Below are positions 9,364-16,085 of a stretch of DNA of 20,000 nucleotides, piece by piece. Position 1 is the first letter of the stretch. Each line of letters starts with the position of its first letter. Below the pieces are notes generated by a model. It worked only from the letters and a program-made list of their open reading frames with translations, did no database searches and was not told the DNA's origin. The translations under genes and the position numbers were made by a program. The stretch comes from an uncultured virus (IMG/VR IMGVR_UViG_3300027782_000071) (lineage: Duplodnaviria > Heunggongvirae > Uroviricota > Caudoviricetes): positions 54,435 through 74,434 of IMG/VR virus record IMGVR_UViG_3300027782_000071; one strand, 5' to 3'.

Positions 9364-9365
9364 AG

Positions 9366-9671
9366 TTATGTAAAAGATGTGATTTCATCAATTTCAGTAT
9401 ATACAATCACAGATTTATCAGTATTTTGTCTCATATAAGTTCCTGTTCCAGATCCATAAGAAACTCCAGCAAATTCATCACCAATAATGTCGTATGGTTT
9501 AAAAACATTAGCAGTTAATGTTGTAACTCCTATATTTTCAGAAAACTCTGAAGAATAGTATGTTCCAACAGATCCAGCAGATGCGGCAATTCCATTATCA
9601 TTTGAAGTTGTATCATCAAACTCATTCACGAGCATTGATGCATATTGATCTAATCTTCCTACAATTGACAT
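9366..9671 (-). CDS. 101-aa acidic hypothetical protein, probably tail-associated
   Basis: Fills the gap between co-oriented genes, with its ATG one base after the upstream TAA. Related motifs occur at both ends (RLDQYASMLVNEFDD and RQNTDKSVIVYTEIDE). Confidence 0.75.
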   Translation of the reverse strand: MSIVGRLDQYASMLVNEFDDTTSNDNGIAASAGSVGTYYSSEFSENIGVTTLTANVFKPYDIIGDEFAGVSYGSGTGTYMRQNTDKSVIVYTEIDEITSFT

Positions 9672-9672
9672 A

Positions 9673-10302
9673 TTATCCTGCTACAAAATCTAAACTATTT
9701 GTAGTTGAGTTATATTGTATATAGAAGTTCGTGCTAGAAGAAGTTCCACCAAATCTTACTTTATTATCAGATTGAACGCGAACATCTCCACCAACATCAG
9801 CAGAAAATTGTGGAAATGTAACTCCAATACCAAGTCTCCCACTTGAGGGTACAAATGTTAGATTGGTTTGAGTGATTCCAATTGAAGTTGCACTCGTATT
9901 TGTAACAAATCCAATATATTGTGGAGTATTTGAATTTGATTCAGAAATAGTTAAAGAAGATGATCCTCCTCCACCACCAGAAACACCCTGAACACCTTGG
10001 CCAGCAAATAATCCAGAAAGACCTTGAATTCCAAGATTACCTTGAAGACCTTGAGTTGCTTGAGTACCTTGAGCACCTTGGCCAGCAAAAAGACCAGGAA
10101 CACCTTGAGTACCTTGAAGTCCTTGAAGTCCCTGAACACCCTGTCCAGCAAATTGTCCAGCAAGACCTTGACGTCCTTGAAGACCTTGAAGACCTTGAGA
10201 ACCTACACCTTGAACACCCTGAGTACCTTGAAAATTGCCTGGAAGACCTGCAATTCCTTGAATGCCTTGAAAAGATCCTCCAAGTAAACTGGATAAAAGC
10301 AC
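9673..10302 (-). CDS. 209-aa short collagen-like (Gly-X-Gln) tail-fibre protein
   Basis: GTG start; an in-frame TAA lies 4 codons upstream and a late promoter sits at the usual spacing. GXQ repeats with GxFAGQG breaks are followed by a [13 protein letters not shown] fibre module and C-terminal [17 protein letters not shown]. Confidence 0.8.
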   Translation of the reverse strand: MLLSSLLGGSFQGIQGIAGLPGNFQGTQGVQGVGSQGLQGLQGRQGLAGQFAGQGVQGLQGLQGTQGVPGLFAGQGAQGTQATQGLQGNLGIQGLSGLFAGQGVQGVSGGGGGSSSLTISESNSNTPQYIGFVTNTSATSIGITQTNLTFVPSSGRLGIGVTFPQFSADVGGDVRVQSDNKVRFGGTSSSTNFYIQYNSTTNSLDFVAG

Positions 10303-10324
10303 AGTTTTAACTTACTATTTTAAA

Positions 10325-10332
10325 TATTTATT
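10325..10332 (-). promoter_or_regulatory. T4-type late promoter AATAAATA
   Basis: Plus strand TATTTATT in the intergenic region, 22 nt upstream of the GTG at 10302. Confidence 0.65.
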
Positions 10333-10362
10333 CTTTCAATTAATAAAATTATAAAACAACAT

Positions 10363-11352
10363 CTATATTCTAGTCACAATCAAATATCCATCTCCAGTAT
10401 TATATCCAATTACACTAATTGTAGATTGAGAATAACTTCCCCCACCACCAGCAGTAATAGTACCTGTGCTTTCTCCACTACCTCCACCGCCAGAATATCC
10501 ACCACCACCTCCACCACCTCCAGCGTTTCCATGAGTTCCTCCACCACCACCAAAACCCCCATATGCAGTATTAGTACCACCAGAATTTCCACCTTGCCCA
10601 CCATTTACAAAAGCAAATCCCAATCCACTAGTATTACTGGCAGCATTTGTACCGTCAGTCAGTAAACCTCCTCCACCTCCACCCCATCTAGATCCACTCC
10701 CACCTACTGCACCAGTTCCACCATTTCCAGAAGTTCCACCAGTACCATATCCTTCACTACTATTAGATCCAGATGTTCCAGATTGCCCATCACTTCCAGA
10801 ATAAAGTGTTGCTGAGTTAGTGGTAGCACCTCCTCCTCCACCAGCAACTATAATGGGACTATTTCCAGTGGTTGTCATAAAAGTTCCACCACCACCACCA
10901 CCAGAACTAGTTACATATACAGATCCTTTTTGTCCAACCAATATTTTATATTGTTGCCCCGCCACTAAGGATATGGTAGATTCAATAACAATTCCCCTAC
11001 AATAAGTAGCAAAATTTCCATTTTGTCCAGCAGCACCAGCAGCACGAATCGTGTAGTTTCCAGTAGCAGGTGCAGTCCAATTTTGTATTCCAGATGAAAC
11101 GGAAAAATAAGTTGAATACCAAGATTGTGATGTGTAACTTGAGACTGCTGCAAATGAAGTTGGTCCATTTCTTCCAGTTGCACCACCAGTTGTAAAGGTA
11201 AATGTAGTGAAGTTATAAATACCTCCACCACTATTATCATTAGTTCCACCACCAGTCCATTTAGTTCTATCAAAAGGTACTGAATATCCATCCAATACTT
11301 TGCCAGGAACAAACCCGCCGCTAGAAGTTTTACTTGTAGTTCTGACTGCCAT
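10363..11352 (-). CDS. 329-aa glycine-rich protein with an ALK/LTK-like glycine-rich domain; candidate adhesin
   Basis: FTFTTGGATGRNGPT..GIQNWTAPATGNYTIRAAGAAG..KILVGQKG..GGGGGGTF..PIIVAGGGGG..GGFGGGGG..GGGGGYSGG..GGGGSY..GDGYLIV follows the motif order of the ALK/LTK-type Gly-rich family. Confidence 0.8.
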   Translation of the reverse strand: MAVRTTSKTSSGGFVPGKVLDGYSVPFDRTKWTGGGTNDNSGGGIYNFTTFTFTTGGATGRNGPTSFAAVSSYTSQSWYSTYFSVSSGIQNWTAPATGNYTIRAAGAAGQNGNFATYCRGIVIESTISLVAGQQYKILVGQKGSVYVTSSGGGGGGTFMTTTGNSPIIVAGGGGGATTNSATLYSGSDGQSGTSGSNSSEGYGTGGTSGNGGTGAVGGSGSRWGGGGGGLLTDGTNAASNTSGLGFAFVNGGQGGNSGGTNTAYGGFGGGGGTHGNAGGGGGGGGYSGGGGSGESTGTITAGGGGSYSQSTISVIGYNTGDGYLIVTRI

Positions 11353-11374
11353 ATGAAAAACCTATAAAGTTTAA

Positions 11375-12160
11375 TTAAAGACCAAATCTTCCCTTTTTAT
11401 CATTAAAATTTTGCAATACTTCTACCGAAGAAAGTCCTCGGTTATAAACTTGCACCACACCAATATTACCAATATAATATCCATCACCACCATTTACCCA
11501 TGTATTTCTATATGCCCCGATTCTCCAATATCCACTAGAGTTTTCAGCATTAGATGCAGTATTTGTTGCAATCGATACTCCATTGACATACAATCTTACG
11601 GTAGTTCCTTCTCCACCATAAGTTCCCGCAACATGATACCAGTTATTATCATTATATGTTAATGGCGAAATTGCAGATTTAACTGCCCCATCATAAACAC
11701 CAAAATATAGTTTCCCATCAGTACCTATGTAAATCTGCCTATCATGTGCATCAGCAGTAGTTCCTATTCGAGCAGATTGAAACCCAATTATTTTTTTACC
11801 ATTAGCAGCGGCAGTTTTAAACCAAGCACTAATAGTAAAAGATTGGGGATTTGTATATAGTGTTGTTGTATAAAGATACTGACTGAAACTATCAATAAAA
11901 ACTACAGAACCTCCATTTTCAGTACTATAATCAGGTGCAGTTCCAGTAAATGCAAGAGTTCCAGTATTACTAGTACCACTTAAATCAGTCACAGTAGTTC
12001 CAGATCCTGGCCAGGAACTAGTATTACCAAAATCATAATGTATGATCAATCCACTAGTTACTCCACCAGATTCAATCGTAGTTCCACCACCAGTTCTTTT
12101 GGTAGATCCAAATTTTGCTCCTTTAATAGATCCAATAATTCTTGTACTCTTTATTGACAT
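11375..12160 (-). CDS. 261-aa LamG / concanavalin A-like lectin domain protein; candidate RBP
   Basis: GLIIHYDFGNTSSWPGSGTTVTDLSG..FTISAWFK..WYHVAGTY..RLYVNG..GNIGVVQVYNRGLSSVEVLQNF is the typical phage LamG-like motif set. Confidence 0.88.
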   Translation of the reverse strand: MSIKSTRIIGSIKGAKFGSTKRTGGGTTIESGGVTSGLIIHYDFGNTSSWPGSGTTVTDLSGTSNTGTLAFTGTAPDYSTENGGSVVFIDSFSQYLYTTTLYTNPQSFTISAWFKTAAANGKKIIGFQSARIGTTADAHDRQIYIGTDGKLYFGVYDGAVKSAISPLTYNDNNWYHVAGTYGGEGTTVRLYVNGVSIATNTASNAENSSGYWRIGAYRNTWVNGGDGYYIGNIGVVQVYNRGLSSVEVLQNFNDKKGRFGL

Positions 12161-12173
12161 AATGAATCAACCA

Positions 12174-12581
12174 TTAAATATCAGTATCACCGATAATCTG
12201 ATAGTTTATCGCACTTCCAATACCTGCCCCACCAACAGAAAGACTTGGTTGAGTAACCTCCACAACAATCTTTTCTTGATTTACAAGAACAAGAGGATAA
12301 TTCGTTTCAAAGAAATACGTTTCATTTGTTCCAAGATCAACTCTCGCCAATCGAAAGGAAGTTACTCCAACACCAGAAACTGCAACTGTACTTGGATAAA
12401 CATAAATTGACGAAGTTGCAGTATTAAGACCAGTATTATGCATAATAATACTTCTCAAATAAGTAGTAGAAGCAATGCCAACACCACCTGCAGTTGGAGT
12501 AGTTCCTACAGTAAAAATGCCAACCGTAGCAATTCCAGTTACTGATTGAATACTTAATAATTTAGTTCTTCTAAGTGCCAT
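12174..12581 (-). CDS. 135-aa small beta-rich hypothetical virion protein, possibly a fibre adaptor
   Basis: Co-oriented ORF filling the gap, with a late promoter upstream. It shows a beta-sandwich-like pattern (YLRSIIMHNT..ETYFFETNYPLVL..INYQIIG). Confidence 0.75.
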   Translation of the reverse strand: MALRRTKLLSIQSVTGIATVGIFTVGTTPTAGGVGIASTTYLRSIIMHNTGLNTATSSIYVYPSTVAVSGVGVTSFRLARVDLGTNETYFFETNYPLVLVNQEKIVVEVTQPSLSVGGAGIGSAINYQIIGDTDI

Positions 12582-12595
12582 TATCTTTTTTTAAA

Positions 12596-12603
12596 TATTT
12601 ATG
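12596..12603 (-). promoter_or_regulatory. T4-type late promoter CATAAATA overlapping the upstream stop codon
   Basis: Plus strand TATTTATG, 14 nt upstream of the ATG at 12581. Confidence 0.55.
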
Positions 12604-15163
12604 AGAAAAGTGCAGCGTCAAGTTCATTTATAGTACCAGTACCTCCTCCCGATCCTGTAGGTCCTGTAGGTCCTGTAGGTCCTGTAGGTCCTTGTGGACC
12701 TAATGAACTGAATACTTGCCAGGTTGTTCCATCATATATTAAATCTACAATTGTTAATCCCAAATCTAATGTTAGATCTTCAGACAATCCTTCAATTGTA
12801 CTACCATTTCTTGCAACTGTTAGGTTATACGTTACCCAATTTGCACCATCAGATATACGGACAATATTTCCAGTTGATGGAGTTGCTGGAAGAGTAATTG
12901 TAAATGCTCCACCAGAAGTATTTGCAATAATTTGATCCCCAGTTGTTGCAGTATAGTTTGCTGTTTTATAAATCCAACTTGATAATCCTCCTCCTCCGCC
13001 ACCACCAGATCCTGCTGGACCTTGAATTCCTATGAGACCTTGAAGACCTTGAGAACCAACACCTTGAAGACCTTGAAGACCTTGTGATCCAACACCTTGA
13101 AGACCTTGGGATCCTTGAGTACCAGTAGATCCAATACCAACAGTTCCCTGAAGACCTTGTGATCCATCACCTTGTAATCCTTGAGAACCTTGTGAACCAA
13201 CACCTTGAAGACCTTGAAGGCCTTGAGTACCAGTGGATCCAATACCAATAGTTCCCTGAAGACCTTGTGATCCAACACCTTGAAGACCTTGGTTTCCTTG
13301 AAGACCTTGAAGACCTTGAAGACCTTGAAGACCTTGAAGACCTTGAGATCCTTGAGAACCAGTAGATCCAATACCAATGACTCCTTGAAGACCTTGAGTA
13401 CCTTGAGTACCTTGATTTCCTTGAGTACCTTGATTTCCTTGAGTACCCTGAGATCCTTGAGTACCAGTAGATCCGATACCAATGGTTCCTTGAACTCCTT
13501 GAAGGCCTTGAGAACCTTGTGATCCAATACCTTGAAGACCTTGTAATCCTTGAGAACCTTGAGTACCAGTAGATCCGATACCAATAGTACCTTGAAGACC
13601 TTGTAATCCTTGAGAACCTTGAAGACCTTGTAATCCTTGAGAACCTTGTGATCCAATAGTTCCTTGAACTCCTTGAAGGCCTTGAGAACCAATAGTTCCT
13701 TGAAGACCTTGAGATCCTTGTGATCCAACACCTTGAAGACCTTGGTTTCCTTGAGCACCTTGCAAACCAGCACCAAAAGGAGTAGTCCAAGAAACTCCAG
13801 CACCAGTAGAAACTAAGATTGAATTAGCGGCGCCTACATTATTGTAAACATCATAAAGACCAGAACGAAGTCTTATATTCCCACCAACATCTAATGTAGT
13901 ATCAGTAACTTGCATCCCACCGACAGCAAGTCTTACTCCATTAGGAATTTGATCAGTGCCAATACCCACTCCATAATTAAATAACCAAGCATCAGTATTC
14001 AGTCCAGTAAAGGAACCAGACTTCAACCACATAATTTGCTTATATGTTCTTGGAATATTATCAGTACCAAAACCAACATCAATATCAAATAATGGACTTC
14101 CTTCAGTTGACGCAATAGCAATACCACCATGATTTGCAGTGGTATCAGTTGAAACATCTTGGTTTAATGTATTTGTAGTAATACCAAGGACAATATTTTT
14201 GTCCTTAATTTTAACTTCATTAACAGCAAGGAATGCTGTTGTACCTCCAATAGTAATATTTCCACCAATATAAAGATTGGATCCATCAAAAGTAAAGTTA
14301 TTGGATCCAGTTGGATTATTGGAACCATCCTTATAGACGACTTGATTAGCACTACCTGCTACTGGGCCAGAAACACCTTGTGTTCCCTGAGTACCCTGGA
14401 GTCCTTGAGTACCTTGGGATCCTTGGGATCCTTGGGATCCAGTAGATCCAATGCCAATAGTTCCTTGAAGACCTTGCGATCCTTGAGTACCTTGAAGACC
14501 TTGAAGACCTTGAAGACCTTGCGATCCTTGAGATCCTTGAAGACCTTGAGATCCTGTTGAACCAATACCAATAGTACCTTGAAGACCTTGTAATCCTTGA
14601 AGACCCTGAAGACCTTGAGATCCAACACCCTGAAGACCCTGAAGACCTTGGAGTCCTTGAGATCCAGTAGATCCAATGCCAATAGTTCCTTGAAGACCCT
14701 GAAGACCTTGAGTACCTTGAAGACCTTGGAGTCCTTGAGATCCTTGAGATCCTTGAGATCCAGTAGATCCAATGCCAATAGTTCCTTGAAGACCCTGAAG
14801 ACCCTGAAGACCTTGGAGTCCTTGAGATCCAGTAGATCCAATGCCAATAGTTCCTTGAAGACCCTGAAGACCTTGAGTACCCTGCGATCCTTGAGAACCA
14901 GTAGATCCAATGCCAATAGTTCCTTGAAGACCTTGGATTCCTTGAAGACCTTGAGTACCCTGGGATCCTTGAGATCCAATACCCTGAAGACCTTGTGATC
15001 CTTGAGTACCAGTAGATCCAATACCAATAATACCTTGAGTTCCTTGAGAACCTACAATAATATTTGGCACCAATTCCCATCCTTGGCCATTCCACTTCCA
15101 AGTTTTCGTTCCTATAGAAGTAGTAAGACCTATTGTTGGACTGATTGGAAAATCAAGTGCCAT
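12599..15163 (-). CDS. 854-aa collagen-like tail-fibre protein
   Basis: N-terminal MALDFPxSPT..TWKWNG..W module, then two GXQ collagen blocks flanking a beta-rich fibre domain. Near the C-terminus is a WIYKTANYTA..GDQIIANTSGGAFTITLP..LTVARNGSTIEG..LIYDGTTW module resembling the T4 gp34-type long-tail-fibre repeat, followed by a short GPT collagen tail. Confidence 0.85.
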   Translation of the reverse strand: MALDFPISPTIGLTTSIGTKTWKWNGQGWELVPNIIVGSQGTQGIIGIGSTGTQGSQGLQGIGSQGSQGTQGLQGIQGLQGTIGIGSTGSQGSQGTQGLQGLQGTIGIGSTGSQGLQGLQGLQGLQGTIGIGSTGSQGSQGSQGLQGLQGTQGLQGLQGTIGIGSTGSQGLQGLQGLQGVGSQGLQGLQGLQGLQGTIGIGSTGSQGLQGSQGSQGLQGLQGLQGTQGSQGLQGTIGIGSTGSQGSQGSQGTQGLQGTQGTQGVSGPVAGSANQVVYKDGSNNPTGSNNFTFDGSNLYIGGNITIGGTTAFLAVNEVKIKDKNIVLGITTNTLNQDVSTDTTANHGGIAIASTEGSPLFDIDVGFGTDNIPRTYKQIMWLKSGSFTGLNTDAWLFNYGVGIGTDQIPNGVRLAVGGMQVTDTTLDVGGNIRLRSGLYDVYNNVGAANSILVSTGAGVSWTTPFGAGLQGAQGNQGLQGVGSQGSQGLQGTIGSQGLQGVQGTIGSQGSQGLQGLQGSQGLQGLQGTIGIGSTGTQGSQGLQGLQGIGSQGSQGLQGVQGTIGIGSTGTQGSQGTQGNQGTQGNQGTQGTQGLQGVIGIGSTGSQGSQGLQGLQGLQGLQGLQGNQGLQGVGSQGLQGTIGIGSTGTQGLQGLQGVGSQGSQGLQGDGSQGLQGTVGIGSTGTQGSQGLQGVGSQGLQGLQGVGSQGLQGLIGIQGPAGSGGGGGGGLSSWIYKTANYTATTGDQIIANTSGGAFTITLPATPSTGNIVRISDGANWVTYNLTVARNGSTIEGLSEDLTLDLGLTIVDLIYDGTTWQVFSSLGPQGPTGPTGPTGPTGSGGGTGTINELDAALFS
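12654..12689 (+). repeat. Perfect 9-bp tandem repeat (cctgtaggt)x4 encoding GPT collagen triplets
   Basis: Read directly from the sequence. Confidence 0.9.
13013..13775 (-). repeat. Collagen-like GXQ repeat block 2 of the 854-aa gene (9-bp unit ccttgaaga and variants)
   Basis: Includes five perfect ccttgaaga copies at 13296-13340 and recurrent GIGST breaks. Boundaries are approximate. Confidence 0.9.
14365..15050 (-). repeat. Collagen-like GXQ repeat block 1 of the 854-aa gene
   Basis: Higher-order units (GXQ)n-GTI-GI-GST. Boundaries are approximate. Confidence 0.9.
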
Positions 15164-15183
15164 GTTTATATCTCTTTAAAAGT

Positions 15184-15191
15184 TATTTATT
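15184..15191 (-). promoter_or_regulatory. T4-type late promoter AATAAATA
   Basis: Plus strand TATTTATT in the intergenic region, 20 nt upstream of the ATG at 15163. Confidence 0.7.
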
Positions 15192-15215
15192 TTATGTTTG
15201 GTTATCATACTAAAG

Positions 15216-16085
15216 TTATCCCCATTTAGTTCTAAGACTACTTATAACTGATGCCCTTTCTGTTGAGTCCATAGATCTATTATAAAATGCAAATTCACAT
15301 GCAACTAATGCTGGATAAGTAGTATTGCCACTATAATCTACAGGTCTAATTTGAAAATATCTATTTGCATCTACTTGTGTAGAATAAGTTATTCCAGAAA
15401 TTGTACCTGAAGAAGTATTCGCAGAACCTAGACTAGTATTATATGAAACGTTATATACGCTTCCAGTAACTGTAACAACATCATAATGAACAAAAGATGT
15501 TGATCCCCTATTACTACCACTAGTAATAGATACAGCCTTTGATGCGGCAGCATAATTAAAAACATCAAGTTCATCATTAGAAGAATTGACCCAATAAGTT
15601 CCATGATTAAAATCATAACTATAACCAGCCAAATACCACCTATACATTCTAGTATAATTTGAAATTGTTGTTGTGTGTTTCCAAACAGAAATCCAAGTAT
15701 AAGAATCTGATGCTCCTATATTTGGAAAAGCATTTCCATCAGAATTTAAAAATGCTCCTTGATTTTGAGTACCAGTATTCGATGCTAAAGACAAACATTT
15801 TATTCCATTTTGAGTACTAATTGTAGTTGAAAAAGTACCAGTACCAGATCTTTTATGATAAAGTTGTGGAGTTGTGGATGATCCTCCAATAGAATTTCCA
15901 GCTGCTGAGGTAATTGCAGTACCATCCGTAGTATAAGTAGTTCCAACAGCATCTGCTAATACAGAAAAATCCCAATGAGAATATAAACTATTTGTTGGTA
16001 TTACTCCAGAATATGATGCAGATGATACTTTTTTCCTACTATTAAATCCAAATCCAGAACTAATCCTATTGACAATTGGAGACAT
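15216..16085 (-). CDS. 289-aa divergent LamG/ConA-like lectin-fold protein; candidate RBP
   Basis: LYSHWDFS..YTWISVWK..ACEFAFYNRSMDSTERASVISSLRTKWG resembles LamG-like termini. It has a basic N-terminal leader MSPIVNRISSGFGF and a TAATG overlap with the upstream gene. Confidence 0.7.
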   Translation of the reverse strand: MSPIVNRISSGFGFNSRKKVSSASYSGVIPTNSLYSHWDFSVLADAVGTTYTTDGTAITSAAGNSIGGSSTTPQLYHKRSGTGTFSTTISTQNGIKCLSLASNTGTQNQGAFLNSDGNAFPNIGASDSYTWISVWKHTTTISNYTRMYRWYLAGYSYDFNHGTYWVNSSNDELDVFNYAAASKAVSITSGSNRGSTSFVHYDVVTVTGSVYNVSYNTSLGSANTSSGTISGITYSTQVDANRYFQIRPVDYSGNTTYPALVACEFAFYNRSMDSTERASVISSLRTKWG

